18,646 nucleotides of DNA from Deferrisomatales bacterium (GTDB taxonomy: Bacteria; Desulfobacterota; Deferrisomatia; Deferrisomatales; JACRMM01). The notes under the pieces were generated by a model. The model was not told where the DNA came from. It worked only from the letters and a program-made list of their open reading frames with translations, and did not search any database. Shown piece by piece: positions 1-9,125 of the stretch (position 1 is the first letter of the stretch; each line of letters opens with the position of its first letter). The position numbers and the translations under genes are program-made. The stretch spans positions 1 to 18,646 of the forward strand of contig JAWSUI010000065.1 of assembly GCA_033551855.1 (NCBI GenBank), read 5' to 3'.

Positions 1-1
1 C

Positions 2-685
2 CTCCGGGTGGTGGAGGAGGCAGCAGGCTCCCGTGGAGCCAGGGTGCTCCTCCGGGGGCGGGACTTTCGGGTCACCGGGCGGGCGGGGGAATTGGAGTAC
101 CGGGGGCTTCGCTGGCACCTGCGGGGGCTACGCCTGGGCCTCCTCGGGGGGTTCCAGCAGGCCAACCTGGCCTTGGCTCTGGCGGCTCTCGAGGTGCTGG
201 AGGAGGCCGGGTGGCGCCTCCCGGAGGAGTCCGTTCGCCGGGCCGTGTCGGAGGCCCGCTGGCCCGGGCGCCTAGAGGTCCTGGGCACCGGGCCGCGGGT
301 GGTCCTGGACGGGGCCCACAACCCCCACGCCTCCCGGGTGCTGGCCCGCAGCCTGCGCGAAGACCTGGCCTACGAGCGGCTCTGGCTGGTTCTGGGGATC
401 CTCGGCGACAAGGACGCCCGGGGCATCCTTGGGGACCTGGAGCCCCTGGCGGATGAGCTCGTGCTCACCCGGTCCTCCTCCGCCCGTGCCCGGGAGCCCC
501 GGGAAATCGAGCGTCTGGCGGTGGAGGTCCGAAACCGTTCGCTCCACGCCCTGCCGACGGTTCCCGCCGCCCTGGACTGGGTGCTGGGGCGCGCCCAGAC
601 CGACGACCTGGTCTGCGTCACGGGCTCCCTCACCACGGTGGGTGACGCCCGGGCCCATCTGCGGGCCCTCGGCTGGGTGCGGTGA
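2..685 (+). CDS. folC: Bifunctional folylpolyglutamate synthase/dihydrofolate synthase, C-terminal part (5'-truncated by window)
   Basis: Motifs GGFQQANLALA, WPGRLE, VVLDGAHNP, ILGDKD and VCVTGSL are typical of the FolC C-terminal Mur-ligase domain. The frame is open to the window start and the stop overlaps the next GTG (GTGA 682-685). Confidence 0.93.
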   Translation, partial: LRVVEEAAGSRGARVLLRGRDFRVTGRAGELEYRGLRWHLRGLRLGLLGGFQQANLALALAALEVLEEAGWRLPEESVRRAVSEARWPGRLEVLGTGPRVVLDGAHNPHASRVLARSLREDLAYERLWLVLGILGDKDARGILGDLEPLADELVLTRSSSARAREPREIERLAVEVRNRSLHALPTVPAALDWVLGRAQTDDLVCVTGSLTTVGDARAHLRALGWVR

Positions 686-2673
686 GGGCCGGAGCACCCC
701 TGCTCGCCGCCCTGGTCCTGGCGGGAAGCGCCGCCGCCCAGGAGCGGATCTCCCTGCTGCGGCCGAACGGGGGGGCGGTGGAGATCCGGGCCGAGACCCT
801 CTCGGTCCGGGAGCAGGGCGCCCGCCTGGAGGCGGCGGGCCAAGTGGCGGTCCGCTGGGAGGGGTACCGCCTCACCGCGGACCGGGTGACCTACGATCGG
901 GAGGGGAGCCGGGCCGAGGCCGAGGGGGACGTGACCCTGGAGGACCCCGAGGGGAACCTGCTGAGGGGTCAGCGACTGTCCTTGAACCTGGAGACCCAGG
1001 AAGGGGAGGTGGAGGACGCAACCCTCTGGATCCCCCAGGAGGGGTACCGGGTCTGGGGTCAGCGGTTCCGCAAGACCGGGCCCGTGTCCTACCAGGTGGA
1101 GCGGGGGGGGTTCACCGCCTGTGACGGAACCTGGCCGAGTTGGCGGGTAGAGGCCCGGCAGCTGGAGGTCGAGCTGGAGGGGTATCTGGTGGGGCGGGGT
1201 GCCGCGTTCTGGGTGGAGGGGGCCCCCGTGGTCTACACCCCCTACGTGGTCTTCCCCGTGAAGCGGGAGCGGCAGTCGGGTTTTCTCATCCCCAGGGTCG
1301 GCTTCAGCGACCGGGACGGGCTCCTCTGGGCCCTTCCGTATTACTGGGCCTTCGCGGACAACGCCGATGCCACCCTGCGGCTCGAGCACCGCAGCCGCCG
1401 GGGCTGGGCCCAGGGGGCGGAGCTCCGCTACATCTGGGCCGAGGGACACGAGGGGACGGTGGAGGCCACCTTTCTCCGAGACCGAAGGGAGAAGACCGAT
1501 CGATACACCGTCAAGGCCGAGCATCGCAGCCGCTTCTCCGAAGCGGCCCGGGCTCGGCTCAAGATCGACTACCAGGGGGACCGCCGCTATCTGCAGGACG
1601 TGGGGGACACGCTGGACGAGCGGGGGGTGGCCCGCCTCGAGAGCTTCCTGTTGGCCAGCGCCGATTCGGAGCGGGGCACCGCCTTCGGGTTCGCAAGGTA
1701 CCTCCAGTCCCTGGAGACCACCCAGGGGGACGTGCTCCAGACGTTGCCGTCCGTGGGGTTTCTCGGCAGGGAAACCCCCCTCGTGGGACCGATCGTGTGG
1801 GACCCCACGGTCCGGGCCACCCGGTTCTGGCGGCCCGAGGGGGAGCGGGGGGAGCGCTTGGAGCTCACCCCCGCCCTGGGCGCCGACCTGGGGCTGGGCG
1901 GCATCGGGCTCTCGGCCCGGGCGGGCTACCGCGAGAACCTGTATTACACGGACGACGAGACGGTCTCCCGGGGCGCCGCCACGGCGGAAGCGGGGGCCTC
2001 GGCGACCCTGGTCCGGGGCTACGGGACCTTCCTCCACACCCTCGAGCCCGGAGCGCGGCTGCGCTGGGAGGAGGAGGGCCGGGGTGGCACCCCCCCGACC
2101 TTCGACGAAGCCGACGCCTTCGGTCGCCGTTCCGCCGTGGCCCTCCTGGTACAGTCCCGCCTGCTGCACCGCGGGGATCTCTCCCCGGCCGTCGCTCTCG
2201 ACCTGGAGCGGGAGCTCGACACCATCCGGGGGGAGTGGGGGCCCTGGCGGGGCGAGGCTGCCGCGTGGCTCGGGGACTGGGGGCACCTCCGGGGAGACGG
2301 GGAGCTCGCCCCGGAGGACGAAGATCCCTGGCGCAGGTGGTCCGCAGGGGCCACCGTCTCGGACCGCCGGGGGGACCGGGCCTTCGCGAGCTATCGCTAT
2401 CTCAAGAAGCAAGCCGGCTATGCCGACGGGGGGGTCGAGATCGCCGTGACCCGGGAGCTCGCCCTCCAGTACCGCCATCGTTACAGTGTCCGGGAGAGTC
2501 AAACTCTCGAGGAGGGGTACGGCGTGCACCTGAAGCATCCCTGCTGGGAGCTGCTCGTGACCCTCTCGCGGAACCACCGGCAGGAGGACGGCCGTGACGA
2601 GCGCCGCTATTTCGTCGTGCTGAACCTCAAGGGGCTCGGCAGGCTGGGCACCCTTCGGGGGCTCCTGCCGTGA
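682..2673 (+). CDS. lptD: LPS-assembly outer membrane protein LptD (663 aa)
   Basis: N-terminal signal peptide, OstA-like jellyroll (LTADRVTYD, AEAEGDV), FTACD, PVKRERQSGFLIP, PYYWA and a beta-strand-rich C-terminal half with HPCW near the end. Confidence 0.9.
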   Translation: MRAGAPLLAALVLAGSAAAQERISLLRPNGGAVEIRAETLSVREQGARLEAAGQVAVRWEGYRLTADRVTYDREGSRAEAEGDVTLEDPEGNLLRGQRLSLNLETQEGEVEDATLWIPQEGYRVWGQRFRKTGPVSYQVERGGFTACDGTWPSWRVEARQLEVELEGYLVGRGAAFWVEGAPVVYTPYVVFPVKRERQSGFLIPRVGFSDRDGLLWALPYYWAFADNADATLRLEHRSRRGWAQGAELRYIWAEGHEGTVEATFLRDRREKTDRYTVKAEHRSRFSEAARARLKIDYQGDRRYLQDVGDTLDERGVARLESFLLASADSERGTAFGFARYLQSLETTQGDVLQTLPSVGFLGRETPLVGPIVWDPTVRATRFWRPEGERGERLELTPALGADLGLGGIGLSARAGYRENLYYTDDETVSRGAATAEAGASATLVRGYGTFLHTLEPGARLRWEEEGRGGTPPTFDEADAFGRRSAVALLVQSRLLHRGDLSPAVALDLERELDTIRGEWGPWRGEAAAWLGDWGHLRGDGELAPEDEDPWRRWSAGATVSDRRGDRAFASYRYLKKQAGYADGGVEIAVTRELALQYRHRYSVRESQTLEEGYGVHLKHPCWELLVTLSRNHRQEDGRDERRYFVVLNLKGLGRLGTLRGLLP

Positions 2674-4220
2674 GAACGGGGCTCCTGCTGGGGGTGCTCG
2701 CCCTCGCGTGGGGGGCGGCCCAGCCGGCGGCCGCCGCCCAACGCTACGACGAGGCTCGGCGCGCCTACGAGCAACTCCAGGAGGACGGGCCGACGGCCCG
2801 GACCCCGGGCCCCTGGCGAGCGGCAGCCGATCGTTTTCGCCGCGTCGCGGCCGAGTTGCCCGCCTTTCCCCAGGCCGACCAGGCCCTCTACACCGCCGGC
2901 ATCTGCCTGGAACGAGCCAACGCGGTCTCCGGGGAGGCCCGGGACCTGACCCAGGCCTTGGATACCTACGAGGGCTTGGTGCGGTCCTACCCCGGCTCGC
3001 CCCTGGCGCCGGACGCCCTCCTGCGGGCGGGCCGGGTGCTGGAGCTGCGGGGAGACCCCGAAGGCGCAGGGGCGCGGTATCGGCGCCTCCTCGCCCAGTA
3101 CCCGCACAGCGGTGTGGCCGGCGCAGCCGGGCGCCGCCTGGAGCGCCTGGGGCGCGAGAGCACGGTGCAGGGTGTGCGGTTCTTCACCGGGCCCGACTAC
3201 ACTCGAGTGGTGGTGGACCTCAACGAGCCCGCCGCCTTCGCCGCGCGGAGCCTTCCCGTGGATCCGGCGGCGGACCGCCCCCACCGGGTCTATCTCGACC
3301 TGGCGGCGTCCCGCCTGGCACCCACCTGCGAGGCCGGCTACGCCGTCTCCGACGGCCTCGTCCGGCAGGTGCGCCTGGCCCAGTACGACCCGCGCACGGT
3401 CCGGGTGGTCCTGGACCTGGATGCCCCGCCCCGGTTCCGGGCCTTCCCCCTGGAGGCCCCGGCCCGCATCGTGGTCGATGTCTTCCGGGGTCCCGCCCCC
3501 GGCGACCCTGTGGCCGCCCTGATCCCCCGGCGGCCGCCCCGGGCCCCCCCCCGTAGGCCCCGACTGGTCATCGACCCCGGGCACGGGGGCAAGGACCCGG
3601 GAGCCATCGGCGTCGGAGGGCTCCGGGAGAAGGACGTCACCCTGGGGATCGCCCGGGAGCTGGCCCAGCTGCTGCGGCGGCAGGGCACCTGGGAGGTGAG
3701 GCTGACCCGGGACCGGGACGTGACCCTCTCGTTGGAGGAGCGCACCGCCATCGCCAACGCCTTCGGGGCGGACCTCTTCCTCTCCATCCACGCCAACGCG
3801 AGCCCCAATCCCCATGCGCGGGGGGTGGAAACCTACTACCTCTCCCCGGCCTCCGACCGGGCCTCCCGGCGGCTCGCAGCCCGGGAGAACGCCGCCGGGG
3901 AGGAGGCCGCCGCCGAGATGGAGCACATCCTGGCGGACGTGGTGTTACACTCGAAGGTACGGGACTCCCGGCGGCTGGCGGAGGCCGTCCAGCGCGAGCT
4001 GGTCGCCCACGCCCCGGGCCCCCGTGGCACCGCCAGGGACCTGGGCGTCAAGCGGGGGCCCTTCTACGTCCTGGCCGGGGCCTTCATGCCCGCCGTCCTC
4101 GTGGAGGTGGCCTTCGTCTCCAACCCGGAGGAAGCCCGGTGGCTCCGGGACGAAGGGTTTCGCCGACGCACCGCGGAAGCCCTGGCCCAGGGGGTTTCCG
4201 CCTTCGTCCCGGGGAGCTGA
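2670..4220 (+). CDS. N-acetylmuramoyl-L-alanine amidase (signal peptide, TPR-like repeats, AMIN domains, Amidase_3), AmiC-like
   Basis: Zn-amidase motifs IDPGHGGKDPGA, REKDVTL, FLSIHANA and AVLVEVAFVSN. AMIN-like TRVVVDL and RVVLDL segments, and TPR-like helices (YPGSPLAPDALL). GTGA overlap with lptD. Confidence 0.92.
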   Translation: MRTGLLLGVLALAWGAAQPAAAAQRYDEARRAYEQLQEDGPTARTPGPWRAAADRFRRVAAELPAFPQADQALYTAGICLERANAVSGEARDLTQALDTYEGLVRSYPGSPLAPDALLRAGRVLELRGDPEGAGARYRRLLAQYPHSGVAGAAGRRLERLGRESTVQGVRFFTGPDYTRVVVDLNEPAAFAARSLPVDPAADRPHRVYLDLAASRLAPTCEAGYAVSDGLVRQVRLAQYDPRTVRVVLDLDAPPRFRAFPLEAPARIVVDVFRGPAPGDPVAALIPRRPPRAPPRRPRLVIDPGHGGKDPGAIGVGGLREKDVTLGIARELAQLLRRQGTWEVRLTRDRDVTLSLEERTAIANAFGADLFLSIHANASPNPHARGVETYYLSPASDRASRRLAARENAAGEEAAAEMEHILADVVLHSKVRDSRRLAEAVQRELVAHAPGPRGTARDLGVKRGPFYVLAGAFMPAVLVEVAFVSNPEEARWLRDEGFRRRTAEALAQGVSAFVPGS

Positions 4221-4319
4221 AGGCGGGGGGCTCGACGGTCGGAGCGGCCTGGGACGCGAACGGTGCCGGGGCGCCGCCGGGGGCTTCGGGGCGACGGGAC
4301 GAGAGCGAGGAGGAGAGGG

Positions 4320-7031
4320 ATGGCGATGGCTTCCAGCGAGGAGCTGGTGCGCGGCGCGGCGGGGGCCCCCCGCCCCTGGCCTCCCCTGGCCGAGACCCTG
4401 GGGGAGAGCACCCTCCGGTCCGCGAGGGTGCGCGGCTTCGTGGAGGCCGCCCGGCGCCACGTGCAGGCGGTGCACGAGGCCGGCGCGGGGGGGGTGCAGG
4501 TGGTCGACCTGTGGACGCGCCTCGTGGACCACGCCCTCATGGCCCTGTTCCGGGTCCTCGCGCGGGAGCACGGCTTGGACGGCAGACCCCTGGCCCTGTT
4601 CGCCTTGGGGGGCTACGGCCGGGAGGAGCTCTCGCCCCATTCCGACCTGGACCTGTTGGTGCTGCGGGGGGAGGGGTTGGATCCCGGCCCCTTCGTGGAG
4701 GGGTTCCTCTACCCCCTCTGGGATGCGGGGTTGGACGTCCAGGCGGTGGCGCGCACCCTGCGGGAGAACGTGGAGGTGGCCCGGGCCGACAGCCGCAGCC
4801 GCTCCAGTCTGCTCGAGGGGCGCTACCTCGCCGGGGACCCGGCGCTCGCCGCCGCCTACCAGCGCCAGGTGGTGGAGGGAGAGATCTTCGGTCGCGACGT
4901 GCGGGCCTTCGTCGAGGCCAAGCTCGAAGAGCTGGAAGCCCGGCGCCGGCGGTACGGGAGCACCGTCTACCTGGTGGAGCCCAACGTCAAGGAGGGGGAG
5001 GGGGGGCTCCGGGACATCCACACCGCCCTGTGGATCGCAAAGGTGCGCTACAAGGTCCGCTCGGCGGCGGAGCTCCTCCACAAAGGGGTGGTCCCTCCGG
5101 GGGAGGTCGAGGCCCTCTCCCTCTCCCGAGACTTCCTCCTGCGGGTGCGCACCCACCTCCACTTCCTGGCGGGCCGGAGGGAAGACCGCCTCACCTACGA
5201 GTGGCAGGACGTGATCGCGCCGTTCTTCGGGTACGGGGACGAAGGCGAGATCCCGGGGGTGGAGCGCTTTCTGCAGGCCTTCTACGCCTCGGCCAACGGG
5301 GTGGGGCACTTCACCCGCGTCGTCATCCGCAGGGCGTGCGCGGGGCTCCTGCCCCGGTCCCCCCTCCTGAAGTCCCCGCCCCGGGAGGTGCTGCCGGGGG
5401 TGCGACTCCAGGCCGGCGAGATCCACCTGAGTGCGTCGGCGGTCTCGAAGAGGCCGTTGACCCTGCTGGCAGCCTTCGAGGCCGCCCAGGTCCACGGCGC
5501 CGAGCTCTCCCCCCAGGCCCTGGAGGTGGTCCGGGAGAACCTGCACCTCGTGGACGACCGGTTCCGGCGTGACCCCGATGCGGTGGGGATGTTTCTGAGG
5601 ATCCTGCGGAACCCCCGCCGTGTGGCCACGACCCTGATGCGGATGCACGACGTTCGCTTCCTCGACCGCTTCATCCCGGAGCTCGAGCGGATCTTCGGGC
5701 GGGTGCAGCGGGACCTCTACCACGCCTACCCGGTGGACGTGCACAGCCTGTTCGCCGTCCAGGAGCTCCGCAGGATGGCCCGGGGGGAGTACGGGGAGCC
5801 CTTCCCGACCCTCACCCGGCTGATGGGGGAGGTCCGCCGTCAGGACATCCTCTACCTGGCGGCCCTGCTCCACGACGTGGGGAAGGGGGAGGGCCGGGAC
5901 CACGCCGAGCGCGGGGCCGAGATCGCCCTTGCCGTGGGGGACCGCATGGGGTTCGGTCCGGAGGACCTGGAGTACCTGGTCTTCCTGGTGAGGCATCACC
6001 TGCTCCTGTCCCACGTTTCCCAGGGACGAGACCTCCACGACGCCGACCTGGTCCGAGAGCTCGCCGCCAGGGTCAGGGATGCCGAGGCCCTGAAGATGCT
6101 CTACCTCCTGACCGTGGCGGACATCCGGGCCGTCGGTCCGGGGGCCTGGACCAGTTGGAAGGACATGCTCCTCCGGGAGCTCTACGACAAGGCCCTCGAG
6201 GTCCTGGAGACCGGGGGGGCGGAGCAAGGCCTGGCCCGGGAGCGGAGCCGGGAGGTGGAGGACCGGGTCCGGGAGGCGGGGCGGGGGATCGCCACCCCGG
6301 AGGATGTGGAGGCCTTCCTGGCGGGGGTGGACCACCCCCAGTACCTGCTCTCCCACCCCCTGGAGGCCCTCTTGGGCCACCTGGCCCTGTTCGTCCGCCG
6401 GGGGGAGGACCCGGTCCTGGCCGTCCGGGCGGTCCCGGCCCAGGGCTACACCGAGGTGCTCCTCCTCACCCGGGACCGGCCCGGGTTGTTCGCGTGCATC
6501 GCCGGCCTGCTCGCGGCGCACCGGATCAACGTCCTCTCCGCGGTCCTCAACACCCGTCGGGACGGCTGGGCCCTGGACGCGCTCCACCTCTCCTCGCCCC
6601 TCGGCGGGGTCCTCGAAGACCCGCGCTGCGCCCGCTGGCAGGAGGACCTCCGGGCCGTGCTCCGGGGGGAGGCGAGCTTCGAGGGGGCGGTGGGGGGCAA
6701 GCTGCAGCGGCCCCCGGGGCTCCCCCGGCCACGTCCGCGGCTGCCGCCCCGGGTCGCCCTCGACAACGCCGCCTCCCGCCGCTTCACCGTGGTGGATCTC
6801 AAGGCCGCGGACCGCCTCGGGCTCCTCTACGACGTCTCCCGCACCTTTGCGTCCCAGGGCCTCACCATCCGCCTGGCCAAGATCGCCACCAACATCGAGC
6901 AGGTATCGGACTCGTTCTACGTCGAGCGGGTGGAGGGGGGGAAGCTCCTCGACCCCGAGGCGGCCCGGACCCTGGAGCACGCCCTCCTCGCCGCCCTGGC
7001 CGGGACCGGCTCCTTGAGGGGGGTCCCGTGA
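4320..7031 (+). CDS. glnD: [Protein-PII] uridylyltransferase / uridylyl-removing enzyme (903 aa)
   Basis: Nucleotidyltransferase motif GGYGREELSPHSDLDLL, EPNVKEGEGGLRD, HD domain (YHAYPVDVH...LLHDVGKG) and two ACT domains (DRPGLF, DRLGLLYD). Start placed at ATG 4320, 6 nt after AGGAGG (4308-4313); ATG 4326 is an alternative. Confidence 0.95.
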   Translation: MAMASSEELVRGAAGAPRPWPPLAETLGESTLRSARVRGFVEAARRHVQAVHEAGAGGVQVVDLWTRLVDHALMALFRVLAREHGLDGRPLALFALGGYGREELSPHSDLDLLVLRGEGLDPGPFVEGFLYPLWDAGLDVQAVARTLRENVEVARADSRSRSSLLEGRYLAGDPALAAAYQRQVVEGEIFGRDVRAFVEAKLEELEARRRRYGSTVYLVEPNVKEGEGGLRDIHTALWIAKVRYKVRSAAELLHKGVVPPGEVEALSLSRDFLLRVRTHLHFLAGRREDRLTYEWQDVIAPFFGYGDEGEIPGVERFLQAFYASANGVGHFTRVVIRRACAGLLPRSPLLKSPPREVLPGVRLQAGEIHLSASAVSKRPLTLLAAFEAAQVHGAELSPQALEVVRENLHLVDDRFRRDPDAVGMFLRILRNPRRVATTLMRMHDVRFLDRFIPELERIFGRVQRDLYHAYPVDVHSLFAVQELRRMARGEYGEPFPTLTRLMGEVRRQDILYLAALLHDVGKGEGRDHAERGAEIALAVGDRMGFGPEDLEYLVFLVRHHLLLSHVSQGRDLHDADLVRELAARVRDAEALKMLYLLTVADIRAVGPGAWTSWKDMLLRELYDKALEVLETGGAEQGLARERSREVEDRVREAGRGIATPEDVEAFLAGVDHPQYLLSHPLEALLGHLALFVRRGEDPVLAVRAVPAQGYTEVLLLTRDRPGLFACIAGLLAAHRINVLSAVLNTRRDGWALDALHLSSPLGGVLEDPRCARWQEDLRAVLRGEASFEGAVGGKLQRPPGLPRPRPRLPPRVALDNAASRRFTVVDLKAADRLGLLYDVSRTFASQGLTIRLAKIATNIEQVSDSFYVERVEGGKLLDPEAARTLEHALLAALAGTGSLRGVP

Positions 7032-7897
7032 GGGCCGTTGCGGTCGTGGGGATCGTGCTCCTGGGAGCCGTCGCCTGGGGGGGCTCCGGGGTCACCCTCG
7101 AGGCCGAGTCGACGGCCCCCGGCGAGGTCTTCCCGGTGCGCGTCGCGGGCCTCGGGGGCGCCGGTCCCTACGAGGTGTCCTTCGGGGCGGCGCAGTTCCC
7201 CCTGTGGCCCGCGGAAGGGGGCTGGGAAGGGCTCGCCGCCGTGGACCGGGACGCCGCCCCCGGCGTGTGGGAGCTCCGGCTATTGGGGCCGGACGGGGCT
7301 GAGCGCCCCCTGGCGGCGGCCACCGTGGTCGTGGGCGAACGCGTCTACCCCGAACAGCGGCTCACGGTGCGGGAGTCCATGGTGACCCTCTCCCCGGAGG
7401 ACCAGGCCCGGGCCGCTCGGGAAGCCGCCAGGATCCGCCAGGTCCTGTCCAGCCGCTCCCCGCGGCGCCTGTGGGACGGCCCCGTGCGGATCCCGGTGGA
7501 GGGCCCGGTCTCGAGCCCCTTCGGCGTGCGCCGCTTCTACAACGACCAGCCCCGGGGATACCACTCGGGGATCGACCTGGCCGCTCCCCGGGGCACCCCG
7601 GTGGGGGCGGCGGCGGCCGGCGTGGTGGCGCTGACGGGGGACTTCTTCTACACCGGGGGTTCGGTCTTTCTGGACCACGGCCTGGGGCTTCTCACCGGGT
7701 ACTTCCACCTGGACTCGGTCGAGGTGAACGAGGGGGAGACCGTCCCGGCCGGCGGGCTCCTGGGCCGGGTCGGCTCCACGGGGCGCTCGACGGGCCCGCA
7801 CCTGCATTGGGGCGTGTACCTCTCGGGGGTGCGCGCGGACCCCTTCACCCTCGTGCGGGCAGCGGGGGAGGGCGCAGCCGGGGGCGAAGGGCCTTGA
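7028..7897 (+). CDS. M23 family metallopeptidase (peptidoglycan endopeptidase), exported (289 aa)
   Basis: HSGIDLAA (HxxxD) and GRSTGPHLHW (HxH) motifs plus a hydrophobic N-terminus. GTG start overlaps the glnD stop (GTGA 7028-7031). This is the C-terminal part of ORF 6155..7897. Confidence 0.9.
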   Translation: MRAVAVVGIVLLGAVAWGGSGVTLEAESTAPGEVFPVRVAGLGGAGPYEVSFGAAQFPLWPAEGGWEGLAAVDRDAAPGVWELRLLGPDGAERPLAAATVVVGERVYPEQRLTVRESMVTLSPEDQARAAREAARIRQVLSSRSPRRLWDGPVRIPVEGPVSSPFGVRRFYNDQPRGYHSGIDLAAPRGTPVGAAAAGVVALTGDFFYTGGSVFLDHGLGLLTGYFHLDSVEVNEGETVPAGGLLGRVGSTGRSTGPHLHWGVYLSGVRADPFTLVRAAGEGAAGGEGP

Positions 7898-7922
7898 CGC
7901 TCGGGGGGGCGGGCCCAATAAT
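7894..7922 (+). promoter_or_regulatory. Putative sigma70 promoter for xseB-ispA-dxs-tlyA
   Basis: TTGACG (7894-7899), 17-nt spacer, AATAAT (7917-7922). Each hexamer matches consensus at 5/6, in a very GC-rich background and in one of the few gaps of the gene run. Confidence 0.6.
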
Positions 7923-7981
7923 GCGTGCCTTCCGCTCCGGAGACGCCGGGGGGCCTTCCCCCGGGGAGAGAGATCGCGCAC

Positions 7982-8230
7982 GTGCCCAAGTCACCGCCGC
8001 TTCCGCGTTTTGAGGAGCTCGTCGACCGCCTGGAGGCCCTGGTGAAAACCCTGGAGGGGGAAGGTCTGGACCTCGAGAGCTCCCTTCGCGCCTTCGAAGA
8101 GGGCGTTGCCCTGGCGCGGCAGTGCCACCAGCGCCTGGACGAGGCCGAGCGCCGGGTCGAGGTACTGCGCCGCCGCCCCGACGGGACCGTCGCCGGCGAG
8201 CCCTTCACCCCGGGTCGGGAGGAGCCGTGA
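7982..8230 (+). CDS. xseB: Exodeoxyribonuclease VII small subunit (82 aa)
   Basis: FEELVDRLEALVKTLEGEGLDLESSLRAFEEGVALARQCHQRLDEAERRV is the XseB pattern, in its canonical position before ispA-dxs. The start at GTG 7982 is an estimate. Confidence 0.93.
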   Translation: MPKSPPLPRFEELVDRLEALVKTLEGEGLDLESSLRAFEEGVALARQCHQRLDEAERRVEVLRRRPDGTVAGEPFTPGREEP

Positions 8231-9123
8231 GCTTCGACCTGGCAGCCTTCCTCGACCGGTGCCGGGTGGCGGTGGAGGCCCACCTGGAGCAGGCGCTCCC
8301 CGGCCCCGAGACCTTCCCGCGCCCCCTCTTCGAGGCCATGCGCTACAGTCTTTTCGCGGGGGGCAAGCGGGTCCGCCCCGCCTTCTGCATCGGGGCGGCG
8401 GAGGCCGTCGGGGGTGAAGCCCGGGCGGCCGTTCCCTTCGCCGCCGCCTTGGAGATGATCCACACCTACAGCCTCATCCACGATGACCTTCCGGCCATGG
8501 ACGACGACGACCTGCGCCGGGGGGTGCCCACGAACCACGTGGTCTACGGCGAAGGCGTCGCCATCCTTGCCGGCGACGGGCTCCTCACCGACGCCTTCGC
8601 GGTGCTCGCACACCCCGACGTGGTGCGCGACCACCCCCCGGAGCGCATCGCCCGGGTGGTCTGGGAGGTAGCCAGGGCGGCGGGCAGCCCCGGAATGGTG
8701 GGGGGGCAGGTCCTGGACCTGGTGAGCGAGGGGACCGTCGTCGACCTGCCGGTCCTGGAGTTCCTCCACACCCACAAGACCGGCGCCCTGATCCGGGCCT
8801 CGACGTTGGTGGGGGCGCTGGCCGGAGGAGGCGGCGAGGCCGAGGTCTCCGCGCTCACGCGCTTCGCCGAGCGCATCGGCCTGGCGTTCCAGATCGCCGA
8901 CGACGTGCTGGACGTGGAAGGGGCCACGGAGACCCTCGGCAAGCCCGTCGGGAGCGACCAGGGTCTCGCCAAGGCCACGTACCCGGCGCTCCTGGGCCTC
9001 GCCGAGTCCAAGCGGCGGGCCTGGGAGCTCATGGACGAGGGGCTCGCGTACCTCGAGCCGCTGGGTGCGGCCGCGGAGGCCCTGCGCGCTCTGGGGCGCT
9101 TCGTGGTGGAGCGCCGGCACTGA
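8227..9123 (+). CDS. ispA: Farnesyl diphosphate synthase / geranyltranstransferase (298 aa)
   Basis: GGKRVRP, HTYSLIHDDLPAMDDDDLRRG (FARM with Tyr at -5, short-chain type), GMVGGQ, HKTGAL and FQIADDVLD. GTGA overlap with xseB. Confidence 0.94.
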   Translation: MSFDLAAFLDRCRVAVEAHLEQALPGPETFPRPLFEAMRYSLFAGGKRVRPAFCIGAAEAVGGEARAAVPFAAALEMIHTYSLIHDDLPAMDDDDLRRGVPTNHVVYGEGVAILAGDGLLTDAFAVLAHPDVVRDHPPERIARVVWEVARAAGSPGMVGGQVLDLVSEGTVVDLPVLEFLHTHKTGALIRASTLVGALAGGGGEAEVSALTRFAERIGLAFQIADDVLDVEGATETLGKPVGSDQGLAKATYPALLGLAESKRRAWELMDEGLAYLEPLGAAAEALRALGRFVVERRH

Positions 9124-9125
9124 CC

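Noticed and set aside
4263..4319. Upstream GTG start for glnD given in the ORF track
   Set aside because: The added residues are Arg/Gly-rich, and the strong AGGAGG sits in front of ATG 4320.
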